Below, one piece after another: positions 24,506 through 32,119 of a DNA stretch of 42,905 bases. Each line of letters begins with the position of its first letter. Position 1 is the stretch's first letter. The position numbers and the translations under genes are program-made. Source of the DNA: Patescibacteria group bacterium (GTDB lineage Bacteria > Patescibacteriota > Minisyncoccia > Phycocordibacterales > Zambryskibacteraceae). Below the pieces are notes generated by a model. The model was not told where the DNA came from. It saw nothing but the letters and a program-made list of their open reading frames with translations, and did no database searches. Location of the stretch: NCBI GenBank assembly GCA_040389345.1, contig JAZKAE010000023.1:1-42905 (forward strand), in the 5' to 3' direction.

Positions 24506-24883
24506 ATGAAATCCAATACGTTAATGAAAAAGACCTTACTTGGTGCCCTTGCTTTCGCTCCAGTTCTCGCATTCGCGCAGAACAACAACCCAACTCTCGG
24601 AGGCATCTTCACCCTTATGACCAATGTGAAGAGACTTGTTGACCTCGCGCTTCCACTCGTCGTCGGCCTCGCTCTCCTCGGATTCTTCTGGGGTCTCATG
24701 AAGTTCATCTTTGCTGCAGGGGATGAGGACAAGCGCAAAGAAGCTCGCCAGATCATGATCTACGGTGTTATCGCACTCTTCGTGATGGTCGCTGTCTGGG
24801 GACTCGTCGCCTTCGTCGGTAACGCACTCGGCATCTCGGTCGGACAGGACAGCGGACACATCCCTACTGTTCAGGGTCTCTAA
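24506..24883 (+). CDS. VirB2/TrbC-like mini-membrane protein, paralogue 5
   Basis: Signal peptide ends VLAFA. Core LALLGFFWGLMKFIFAAGDEDKRK...ALFVMVAVWGLVAF. An alternative start is at 24524 (MKKTLL). Confidence 0.6.
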   Translation: MKSNTLMKKTLLGALAFAPVLAFAQNNNPTLGGIFTLMTNVKRLVDLALPLVVGLALLGFFWGLMKFIFAAGDEDKRKEARQIMIYGVIALFVMVAVWGLVAFVGNALGISVGQDSGHIPTVQGL

Positions 24884-24895
24884 GATCTTTCTTTC

Positions 24896-25183
24896 GTGGC
24901 GGCAGTACAACTTTCCATCGCTCCATTCTTGAACAAGGTTAACACCTTCATTCTGAATCCGCTTATTGGGCTCCTCTTTGCGGTTGCTCTCTGCATCTTC
25001 ATCTACGGAATTGTCATGTTCATAAAGGATGCGGCTGATGCGAAAGGTCGCGAGAAGGGAAAAAAGAGCATCATGTATGGATTGGTTGGAATGTTCATCA
25101 TGTTCTCGGCGTACGGATTGGTTCGTATCATCCTTAATACGTTCCAATTGCAGACTCCTCCATACATCGACAAAAAGCTCTAG
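24896..25183 (+). CDS. VirB2/TrbC-like mini-membrane protein, paralogue 6 (no signal peptide, GTG start, in frame with paralogue 5)
   Basis: Core LLFAVALCIFIYGIVMFIKDAADAKGREKGKK...GMFIMFSAYGLV. No SD. Only 4 sense codons separate it from the TAA of paralogue 5 in the same frame. Confidence 0.45.
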   Translation: MAAVQLSIAPFLNKVNTFILNPLIGLLFAVALCIFIYGIVMFIKDAADAKGREKGKKSIMYGLVGMFIMFSAYGLVRIILNTFQLQTPPYIDKKL

Positions 25184-25213
25184 AAAAAAGCTCCGCAAGC
25201 GCGGGGCTTTTTT
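25184..25213. terminator. Bidirectional rho-independent terminator
   Basis: AAAAAA-GCTCCGC-aagc-GCGGGGC-TTTTTT, between convergent genes. Confidence 0.75.
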
Positions 25214-25263
25214 GATATGAAAAAACCGGAACAGAATGTTTCGGATTACAACAACGCAGTTCC

Positions 25264-25998
25264 TCACGGATCAGTACAACGGTTCTTGCACAGGTACACC
25301 ATGATCAGCTGGTCCTCGTCGGGAGACTTGAAGGCGTATACCCGAGAGTATCCAAACTTGGCATCGTGGTCTGGGCGGATGGTGTCTGTCTTCACATCCG
25401 TCTTGACCACCGTTCGAACATTCAAGTTCGAAGGCCAAATAGCTACCTGATACCCGGCGTACTTGGATGGAACACGCCAAGGCCTCGTGAATTCTCCCTT
25501 CGTGGCTGTGAACCCAACGCTGTCGCGCTCGGGAACCGGTGGTAGTGGGGGATGGAGCTTCAGGTACGCCGCCTGCTCCACCCGCTCCTTCTCGGCGACT
25601 TCCTTGCCATGCCGCATCGCCTTGGAGCCGACATTCGAGACGAACAGAATGACGAAAGCGAGGACTGGAAGCCATGTCCACGTCTTCTCATCTGCCGGCC
25701 AAAGTATGAAGAGTGCGAGCCCAAAGGCTGCAAGCCATACATACCAGCTCGGCTTCAGAAAACCGATGGCGTCCGGCCAGGAAAAGAAAGCGATGACGAG
25801 GAAGATGAACACCGCGATCGTGCCGGTGATCAAGCGCCCCTGGTGATCCTTGATGTTATCCTTGCACTTCTCCCAAAATGTTTTGGTTGGTCCAGGGGCG
25901 GTGCCCGTCGACGCGGTTGAGGCGGCGGGTGGTGATGCGGACACCGTAGATGTTGGGCGCGTGGATTTTGGGCGGGATGGACGCGGATTCGTAGCCAT
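25264..25998 (-). CDS. Polytopic membrane protein with Pro/Ser/Thr-rich N-terminus and C-terminal beta-rich soluble domain (NfeD-like architecture?)
   Basis: GGAGAT lies upstream of ATG 25998, with its own promoter. Three to four hydrophobic helices are followed by an ~80-aa domain. The track ORF start at 26112 lies upstream of the promoter. Confidence 0.55.
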   Translation of the reverse strand: MATNPRPSRPKSTRPTSTVSASPPAASTASTGTAPGPTKTFWEKCKDNIKDHQGRLITGTIAVFIFLVIAFFSWPDAIGFLKPSWYVWLAAFGLALFILWPADEKTWTWLPVLAFVILFVSNVGSKAMRHGKEVAEKERVEQAAYLKLHPPLPPVPERDSVGFTATKGEFTRPWRVPSKYAGYQVAIWPSNLNVRTVVKTDVKTDTIRPDHDAKFGYSRVYAFKSPDEDQLIMVYLCKNRCTDP

Positions 25999-26038
25999 GT
26001 ACAATCTCCAATTGGATGTGTGATGAACTTCTGGAAGT

Positions 26039-26066
26039 ATTATATCATTTATATAAGTAAAGTCAA
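26039..26066 (-). promoter_or_regulatory. Promoter TTGACT-N16-TATAAT
   Basis: Minus strand reads TTGACTttacttatataaatgaTATAAT. Confidence 0.6.
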
Positions 26067-26074
26067 TATAGAAA

Positions 26075-26103
26075 ACCCCCCACTGTCTTTCAACAGTAGG
26101 GGT
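26075..26103 (-). terminator. Rho-independent terminator after the SPFH gene
   Basis: CCCC(t)ACTGT-loop-ACAGTGGGG followed by GGTTTTCT on the minus strand. Confidence 0.6.
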
Positions 26104-26108
26104 ATGGA

Positions 26109-27206
26109 TCATTTCACCTCTTTTCCAATCTCATCGAAGAGAGCCATGAGCTTTACTGCTCCGTCCGCTACGATGAGCTTGGGATTGGCGAATGCCACTT
26201 GGAGAACGTCCAGCCTCCGCGCCATGACGGCATGAGGATCCTTCATCTCCGTGGCAACCTTCTTGATCGCCTCCGCTTCCGCATTGCCCTTCACGGTGAT
26301 CGCATGTGCGTCGGCGTCAGCCTTGAGACGGATCTCTTGAGCTTCGGCTTCTGCCTGGCTGATCTTTTCCTCGCGCTTCTTCAAAGCCACCGCAGCGTCA
26401 GACATGGCTTCGTTGACACGACGGCCGGGGAAGAGATTAACGATAGTGGTGTCGTCGATGACCACCCCGAGCGGCTTGCCATGCTTGGCAACCATCTCCT
26501 CAGTCTTCGAGTTCTTCGTGTGACTGAGAAGAAGGTCCAACTCCTTTTCCCCCACGAATTCCTCGAGAAGCGCTTGTATGTAGCCGCTGATCTCTTCCTT
26601 CACCCGCAGACTTTCTGCGAGCGTCGTTTTCGTGAGGATACTCTGAAGCAGAGACTCTTCCATGTCGCGAAGCCAACCGAAGACCTTCTCGATGTCACCA
26701 TCGGCGTTTTGGATGAATTGGAAGAGCTTTCCCTTCACGAGATGGATCTTGATCGTGAAGCTAGCCTCTGAGGTGAGCCGCAGGCTGAGCGGGTCCGCCA
26801 TGATCGCCTTGTAGCGTGGCGTGTCATCACGTTCGATATCCGCAAGCTTGAGTGTGGGTCCGTCCTTGATCTCATCCTCGGTCGGCTGCCAGCTGTAGAA
26901 CAGCGCTTGGTCCGCCGGGGCGTGGGTGATATGGATCGGGGTGACCTGCCATCCTTCGAGCGGCAGATCATCGTAGCGCTGAACCTCTTCGGGTTCTCCT
27001 GGGAATTGCCGTTGCTCGGCTACTGTCGAGAACCGGCGAATTTTTTGGAAAAAGCGCCAGACAAGATGTGGTCCACTACCTTCTTCACGACTTGGCTCGC
27101 CGAGAGTAGAGATCGCTCCGACCTCATTGGCCTCGAGGATATTGATCGAGGAAATGAAGTAGAGCACGAGCAGAACGAGTATACCAACGGGGATCAACCA
27201 CCACAA
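26109..27206 (-). CDS. SPFH/band-7 (stomatin/prohibitin-like) membrane protein, divergent
   Basis: TTG start with AGGAG 5 nt upstream. N-terminal helix WWLIPVGILVLLVLYF. Central SPFH-like region, then an Ala/Glu-rich coiled coil (KISQAEAEAQEIRLKADADAHAITVKGNAEAEAIKK). Confidence 0.65.
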   Translation of the reverse strand: MWWLIPVGILVLLVLYFISSINILEANEVGAISTLGEPSREEGSGPHLVWRFFQKIRRFSTVAEQRQFPGEPEEVQRYDDLPLEGWQVTPIHITHAPADQALFYSWQPTEDEIKDGPTLKLADIERDDTPRYKAIMADPLSLRLTSEASFTIKIHLVKGKLFQFIQNADGDIEKVFGWLRDMEESLLQSILTKTTLAESLRVKEEISGYIQALLEEFVGEKELDLLLSHTKNSKTEEMVAKHGKPLGVVIDDTTIVNLFPGRRVNEAMSDAAVALKKREEKISQAEAEAQEIRLKADADAHAITVKGNAEAEAIKKVATEMKDPHAVMARRLDVLQVAFANPKLIVADGAVKLMALFDEIGKEVK

Positions 27207-27265
27207 GTGAGTCTCCTAGAAGCGTGGCTTCGGGAAAAGTTAACGTACACTTTGGGTCTGTCGGG

Positions 27266-27294
27266 ATTCTATCATACAAAACTACAAAAGTCAA
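27266..27294 (-). promoter_or_regulatory. Promoter TTGACT-N17-TAGAAT
   Basis: Minus strand reads TTGACTtttgtagttttgtatgaTAGAAT, directly downstream of tRNA-Leu(UAG). Confidence 0.55.
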
Positions 27295-27301
27295 ATTCGT
27301 G

Positions 27302-27382
27302 TGCCGGGGAGAGGACTTGAACCTCCACACCTTGCGGTACCAGTTCCTAAAACTGGCGTGTCTACCATTTCACCACCCCGGC
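27302..27382 (-). tRNA. tRNA-Leu (anticodon TAG)
   Basis: Acceptor GCCGGGG/CCCCGGC, anticodon stem CCAGT/ACTGG with loop TTTAGGA, long variable arm, T-arm GGAGG-TTCAAGT-CCTCT. Confidence 0.88.
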
Positions 27383-27509
27383 AATGGGAGCATAGTAACA
27401 CAGCTTCTGTGGTCACGAATAGTTTCCTCGCCGCCGCTCAGAAACTTTCTCGACCCCGGCTCGGTATCTCGCGTACTCACTCGATATACCTGCGCCCCGC
27501 ACCAAGTAC

Positions 27510-27531
27510 AAAAAATCCCCAGCAGAGGGGA
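27510..27531 (-). terminator. Rho-independent terminator after tRNA-Lys
   Basis: TCCCC-tctgct-GGGGA followed by TTTTTT on the minus strand. Confidence 0.6.
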
Positions 27532-27542
27532 TTATTTTGTCT

Positions 27543-27618
27543 TGGTGCGCCCGGTAGGAATCGAACCTACGACCATCTCCTTAAGAGGGAGCTGCTCTAC
27601 CGACTGAGCTACGGGCGC
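27543..27618 (-). tRNA. tRNA-Lys (anticodon CTT), CCA encoded
   Basis: GCGCCCG acceptor, D-arm GCTC..GAGC, anticodon loop CTCTTAA, T-arm GTAGG-TTCGATT-CCTAC, 3' CCA. Confidence 0.88.
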
Positions 27619-27690
27619 AAACTTGGAACAAACAAAACTATATCTAAAATTAGCTTAATATTCAACGTTTACACTGAGTGGGTCGAAGTG

Positions 27691-27761
27691 TGCGGGTAGA
27701 GAGAATCGAACTCTCGTCTCAGCCTTGGGAAGGCCGCATTCTACCACTAAACCATACCCGC
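27691..27761 (-). tRNA. tRNA-Gly (anticodon CCC)
   Basis: GCGGGTA acceptor, anticodon stem CGGCC/GGCTG with loop TTCCCAA, T-loop TTCGATT. Confidence 0.88.
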
Positions 27762-27796
27762 GAGGATTTGATGATACCGTCTTTCTTTGAACTTAT

Positions 27797-27976
27797 CTAT
27801 TCAATATGCTTGAAGGGGGCAGGAAGATCATTTTGCATGCGGCGAATCCAGTCTGCTGGTACAGGACGTGGGGTAGGGTGAGGGATTTTCTTTATATAAA
27901 TATAAATGAGTCCCGCGCTTACTGCCAAGCACAGTATGATGATCGCTATCTGAGTGTCTTGATTTTTAATGTGCAT
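27797..27976 (-). CDS. 59-aa single-pass membrane protein (below the ORF-track cutoff)
   Basis: ATG lies 11 nt after the pilin stop. Hand translation: MHIKNQDTQIAIIILCLAVSAGLIYIYIKKIPHPTPRPVPADWIRRMQNDLPAPFKHIE. Confidence 0.4.
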   Translation of the reverse strand: MHIKNQDTQIAIIILCLAVSAGLIYIYIKKIPHPTPRPVPADWIRRMQNDLPAPFKHIE

Positions 27977-27987
27977 AATAATGTTAA

Positions 27988-28515
27988 TTATTTATTGACC
28001 ACCGCATACGCTCTTCCGCCCCAGCCATAGAAGCTGTAGAGAGTATTTCCATCTACCCATTTAGTATTGGAGTTCTGAATATCATATCTCGATGAATTCT
28101 CAAGTTTTGCTACCAGTGCATACATGACCCCATCACTCCAGTACGCATACGTGCCCGCTCCTGGGGCAGTTGACCATGGCCAATCGCACACATCGACAGG
28201 ATCATGCGATTGAGTGCCGATGTACCCATTGCTCCACGTATAGACTCCGCTGTCAGGAATCCAGTTTGTTCCTTGCCAGCAATCCGCATACCAAGCTGCT
28301 CCACTGTTTGGGAAATGTCCAGTCGTATCCGCATAGAGCCTGAGGGCTGTGACCATCTGCCTCAAGGTCTGGATCCTCTGAGTATCTCGTGCCTTTGAGC
28401 GTGCGCTTTGCAGGCTCGACATGATGATCGAGGAGAGAAGACTGATGATCGAAATGACCACCAGAAGTTCTATAAGGGTGAAGCCTCTCTTGTATTTTTT
28501 TGAAGAAACTTTCAT
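27988..28515 (-). CDS. Type IV pilin / pseudopilin with prepilin N-terminal cleavage-methylation motif
   Basis: KRG/FTLIELLVVISIISLL, with Gly-1, Phe+1 and Glu+5. Confidence 0.88.
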   Translation of the reverse strand: MKVSSKKYKRGFTLIELLVVISIISLLSSIIMSSLQSARSKARDTQRIQTLRQMVTALRLYADTTGHFPNSGAAWYADCWQGTNWIPDSGVYTWSNGYIGTQSHDPVDVCDWPWSTAPGAGTYAYWSDGVMYALVAKLENSSRYDIQNSNTKWVDGNTLYSFYGWGGRAYAVVNK

Positions 28516-28812
28516 TTAGTTATTATAACTTGGGAGAGGAAGGTTGGGGATACGCCTTTGCATTTCTCTGATCAAGCTCTGAGATGCGGGGCCGATCTGA
28601 CCCTGTGGACCTCGAGCTTTAAAGAAAAAAATGCCAAGCGCAATTATAAAAATCACTCCAGCCATAGCAAGGAGGAATTTCTTGGCCGCATCTTCTGTCC
28701 GCACTACACCAGTCTTCATTACTATCCGTATCATCCAAGAAACTGTTGCTTGTCGGAAAGTGGGGCGGACAAGCGTTACTGGATCTTCGCCGAGGAATTC
28801 TACATTTGCCAT
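28516..28812 (-). CDS. Hypothetical single-pass membrane protein
   Basis: 98-aa ORF. Its TAA abuts the pilin ATG. Helix FLLAMAGVIFIIALGIFFF. Confidence 0.5.
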   Translation of the reverse strand: MANVEFLGEDPVTLVRPTFRQATVSWMIRIVMKTGVVRTEDAAKKFLLAMAGVIFIIALGIFFFKARGPQGQIGPASQSLIREMQRRIPNLPLPSYNN

Positions 28813-28818
28813 ATACAG

Positions 28819-28824
28819 ATTATA
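28819..28824 (-). promoter_or_regulatory. -10 box TATAAT, 6 nt upstream of ATG 28812
   Basis: Minus strand reads caggTATAATctgtatATG, with no SD. Confidence 0.4.
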
Positions 28825-28879
28825 CCTGGGTTATCTAAAGAGAGAAAATTTTATAGTTGTGCTAAGGTAAGAGACGTTT

Positions 28880-28953
28880 GACCTAGTAGCCAAGTGGTAA
28901 GGCAAAGCTCTGCAAAAGCTTCATCGGCGGTCCGATTCCGCCCTAGGTCTCCA
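28880..28953 (+). tRNA. tRNA-Cys (anticodon GCA), CCA encoded, atypical T-loop TCCGATT
   Basis: Acceptor GACCTAG/CTAGGTC, discriminator T, anticodon stem AAGCT/AGCTT with loop CTGCAAA, T-arm GGCGG-TCCGATT-CCGCC. Confidence 0.85.
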
Positions 28954-28972
28954 TGCTCCGGCGGAGCATATT

Positions 28973-29054
28973 GCCCGGGTGGCGGAATTGGTATACGCGC
29001 ACGACTTAAAATCGTGTCTCGAAAGAGATGTGGGATCGTTGCCCACCCCGGGCA
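28973..29054 (+). tRNA. tRNA-Leu (anticodon TAA), atypical T-loop ATCGTTG
   Basis: Acceptor GCCCGGG/CCCGGGC, anticodon stem CACGA/TCGTG with loop CTTAAAA, variable arm TCTC-gaaa-GAGA, T-arm GTGGG-ATCGTTG-CCCAC. Confidence 0.85.
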
Positions 29055-29381
29055 CTAGAGGTCTTTGGTTATCTCGTCCAGTCTCTGACGGTTTCGTTCT
29101 CCATAGTCTACTCTCCACGTGAGCTGGGGGACTATGCCGATACGCGATTTCTCCCTCACGTATCCATGGAATTCTCCACCTTTCCTCTGCAAGAACTTGA
29201 GGGCTGTGTCCTCGGCACTGTCTGGAAGCGTCGTGAAAAAGAGGTTAGCGGCTTTGCCTGATTCTGCAAGTTCGACTCGAGTGATGGTGATGAGCGAGGC
29301 AGGAGTCGATTCTCTGAGGACAAAGTCCGCTGCCAGTTTTCGTATGATCTCCTCCATCTTTTCTTTTTTGAGTTCTTTCAT
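29055..29381 (-). CDS. rbfA: Ribosome-binding factor A
   Basis: Size, position downstream of infB and the segment ITITRVELAESGKAANLFF...P.LTWRVD are typical of RbfA. Confidence 0.8.
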   Translation of the reverse strand: MKELKKEKMEEIIRKLAADFVLRESTPASLITITRVELAESGKAANLFFTTLPDSAEDTALKFLQRKGGEFHGYVREKSRIGIVPQLTWRVDYGERNRQRLDEITKDL

Positions 29382-29399
29382 TGTATGTATATGAGCGGG

Positions 29400-30899
29400 C
29401 TATTTGGTCACGCGAGTAAAGGCTTCCAAGATATCTCCTGGTGCGATCTCGATCTTTGATTCAATGAGCGCGCCGAATTCGCTGCCCTCATTCACTTTGT
29501 CCGCTGCGATCTTGTTCTGCTGAAGCTCCTTTACTCTGCCTCGGCCAATCTCTTCGTCGCGTCGAATGATCTTTACTTCAGCATTGAGTTCGAACACTCC
29601 GGTGTTTGCTCGGGCTCCGAGGACATGCTTGTCCTTCTGGACACTAAATATTTTCAACACCTTTGCTGAACCAGAAACTTCGTCAACCTCGATGGTCGGC
29701 TCCTTTTCCTTGAGGACCTCAGCAACACGCTCGGTCAGCTTATAGATAATGTCAAAACTTTCGATCGAAATGCCTGATCGCTCAGCGAGAGCGGCGGCCT
29801 GTGGATCTGTCTTTGTATGAAAGGCGAAGAGAAGAGTGCCTTCGGTCGTGAGGGCAGTCTTTACATCATTTTCACTCACTGTGCCGATGCCAGACAAAAC
29901 AATACGAGGCACGATGCGTTCGCGATCGAGTTTGCCGATCTCATAGATGATGGCTTCAAGGCTTCCTGCGGCATCAGCTTTGATGATGATCGACACAGAA
30001 GAAATATTTTCAGGAATAGAAGGCGTGCTCACTTTATGATGCACAGCTTCGCTGTCCGCATAGAACTTGGCGGCCTTTTTGTCCTCAAACAGCTCAAAGA
30101 CCGCTCCGACCGGAGGAAGATTGTCCCAGCCGATGAATTGGATCGGACTTGAGAAGGAGAGTTCATCTACTTGGTTTCCCTCAGAGTCGAGGATATAGCG
30201 AAGGGGAGCGATGGCCCCGACTGAGGCGACGACCATGCCTTTCTTCACTGTGCCGTCCTTGATGATCCCCACTGCAGTGACTCCCACTTTAGCATCAAGC
30301 CTTGATTCAATGATGATGCCTGTTCCCCATTTAAAGGCGTCTCCTGTGAAGTTCTCAAGCTCGGCCATGAGAAATATCATATCGAGGAGATCTTTTACTC
30401 CCTCGCCCGTCTTTGAAGAAAGAGGGACGACCGGGATCGAGCCCCCGTATCCTTCGACAAAAATATCAGCTTCGGCGAGACTCTGTTTGGTGCGGTCGAT
30501 GTTGGCGCTCGGCTTGTCGATCTTGGTTATAGCCACGACGTAAGGAATGCCGCTTTCCTTGATGCGATTGTACGCTTCGATCGTCTGAGGCTTTACGCCG
30601 TCCTCTGCAGACACAATGAGAACACCAATGTCAGCAACAGATGCGCCTCGAGTGCGGATGCCGTGGAAGGCTTCGTGGCCGGGAGTATCGAGAAACGTAG
30701 CTTTAGCCCTCGATCCATCTTCCTTGATATGTTCGATCTCATATGCAGTGACGTGCTGGGTGATGCCTCCGGATTCGGTTTCAGTGACGTTAGATTTTCT
30801 GATATAGTCCAAAAGCGTCGACTTGCCGTGGTCGATGTGGCCCATTACTGCGACGACCGGAGGGCGGGTAGTCCTTGCATGTGTGTCCAAAAGTGTCAT
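29400..30899 (-). CDS. infB: Translation initiation factor IF-2 (short form)
   Basis: G1 [15 protein letters not shown]3 DTPGHEAF, G4 ITKID. Start placed at MTLLDTH (ATG 30899). Confidence 0.93.
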   Translation of the reverse strand: MTLLDTHARTTRPPVVAVMGHIDHGKSTLLDYIRKSNVTETESGGITQHVTAYEIEHIKEDGSRAKATFLDTPGHEAFHGIRTRGASVADIGVLIVSAEDGVKPQTIEAYNRIKESGIPYVVAITKIDKPSANIDRTKQSLAEADIFVEGYGGSIPVVPLSSKTGEGVKDLLDMIFLMAELENFTGDAFKWGTGIIIESRLDAKVGVTAVGIIKDGTVKKGMVVASVGAIAPLRYILDSEGNQVDELSFSSPIQFIGWDNLPPVGAVFELFEDKKAAKFYADSEAVHHKVSTPSIPENISSVSIIIKADAAGSLEAIIYEIGKLDRERIVPRIVLSGIGTVSENDVKTALTTEGTLLFAFHTKTDPQAAALAERSGISIESFDIIYKLTERVAEVLKEKEPTIEVDEVSGSAKVLKIFSVQKDKHVLGARANTGVFELNAEVKIIRRDEEIGRGRVKELQQNKIAADKVNEGSEFGALIESKIEIAPGDILEAFTRVTK

Positions 30900-30947
30900 A
30901 GAGGGCCTTAGAATAGCACTATTTTGGCCAAAAAACACGGTACGTAC

Positions 30948-30953
30948 TACAAT
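30948..30953 (+). promoter_or_regulatory. -10 box TACAAT, 7 nt upstream of ATG 30961
   Basis: Sequence reads TGGCCA-N17-TACAATcaatctgATG, with no SD. Confidence 0.4.
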
Positions 30954-30960
30954 CAATCTG

Positions 30961-32094
30961 ATGAAATTTTTTCAGAAAAAGCGGATATTCCTCGACTACG
31001 CGTCGGCCACTCCCGTGCTGCCTGAAGCGCGCAAGGTGATGGAGAAATATGTTACCGACGAGTTCTATAACCCGTCGGCTATTTATGCAGAAGGAGTGTT
31101 AGTGAGGAGAGAATTGGGACAGTGTAGAGAAAAAGTTGCACGGCATCTCCACGCCGGAGCCAAAGACATCATATTTACGAGTGGTGGAACTGAGAGCGAC
31201 AACCTGGCGATCCTGGGTACCTTTGAGAAGGCGGCTGAAAGCGTGCTCGTCCCGCATATAATTGTCTCTGAACTTGAACATCCGGCGATACTCGAAGCGG
31301 CAGAAGAGGTCAAGCGGCGCGGTGGTGACTATACGATCATTCGCGCCGACGAAGAGGGGATCATCCGCCCCGATACGATCGAGAAGGCGATAACGGAAAA
31401 CACCGTGCTCGTATCAGTCTCCCTTGCTGCTGGATCGATCGGGGTTATCCAGCCTGTATCAAAGATCGGTCGCATGATCCGGGAAGTTCGCAAGAAGAAC
31501 AGCTCTTCGTATCCGTATTTTCATACTGATGCAACGGCGGCTGCAAACTACGCATCGCTCAATGTGGATGCATTGAATGTCGACCTGCTTACGCTCGACG
31601 GGGCAAAGATGTATGCACCAAAAGGCTCTGGAGTTCTCGTGGTAAGGCCCGGTGTAGAATTATCTCCCCAAATACTCGGCGGAGGTCAGGAGCGGGGACT
31701 CAGAGCGGGAACCGAGAACATTCCTTCGATCGCTGGATTTGCTGTGGCTCTCGATATCGTTGTTCGGGATCGTGAAAAAGAATCCAAAAGGCTTCTTTCT
31801 CTTCGCAACAAACTGCTTGAATCCGTGCGGAGCATACAAGGAGCGTTCATCATCGGATCGCCCGAGAATCTTTTGCCGAATGTTATCTCTGTTTCTTTCC
31901 CCGGACAGATCTCAGAATTTTTGGCGATCTCGCTTGATCAAAAGGGCATCTGCGTCTCTGCGGGTGCCGCTTGCCAAAGTCAAAACGATTCAACAGATGA
32001 CTTGGCTCTGCGCTTTTCGCTTGGACGAGGGACCACACTTAAAGATATTGAAGTCACTGAAAAAGCACTGAAAGAAATTGTAATGCGTGCGTAA
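30961..32094 (+). CDS. Cysteine desulfurase (NifS/IscS class V aminotransferase)
   Basis: FLDYASATP, FTSGGTESDN, PLP-Lys region LDGAKMYAPKGSGVLVV and catalytic Cys loop SAGAACQS. Confidence 0.85.
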   Translation: MKFFQKKRIFLDYASATPVLPEARKVMEKYVTDEFYNPSAIYAEGVLVRRELGQCREKVARHLHAGAKDIIFTSGGTESDNLAILGTFEKAAESVLVPHIIVSELEHPAILEAAEEVKRRGGDYTIIRADEEGIIRPDTIEKAITENTVLVSVSLAAGSIGVIQPVSKIGRMIREVRKKNSSSYPYFHTDATAAANYASLNVDALNVDLLTLDGAKMYAPKGSGVLVVRPGVELSPQILGGGQERGLRAGTENIPSIAGFAVALDIVVRDREKESKRLLSLRNKLLESVRSIQGAFIIGSPENLLPNVISVSFPGQISEFLAISLDQKGICVSAGAACQSQNDSTDDLALRFSLGRGTTLKDIEVTEKALKEIVMRA

Positions 32095-32119
32095 ACCCTG
32101 TGTGCTATAATTCATTATT

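Noticed and set aside
27207-27800. An integrative island next to the tRNA-Leu/Lys/Gly cluster.
   Set aside because: No integrase, transposase or direct repeat of a tRNA 3' end was found near 25180-25290 or elsewhere in the window.
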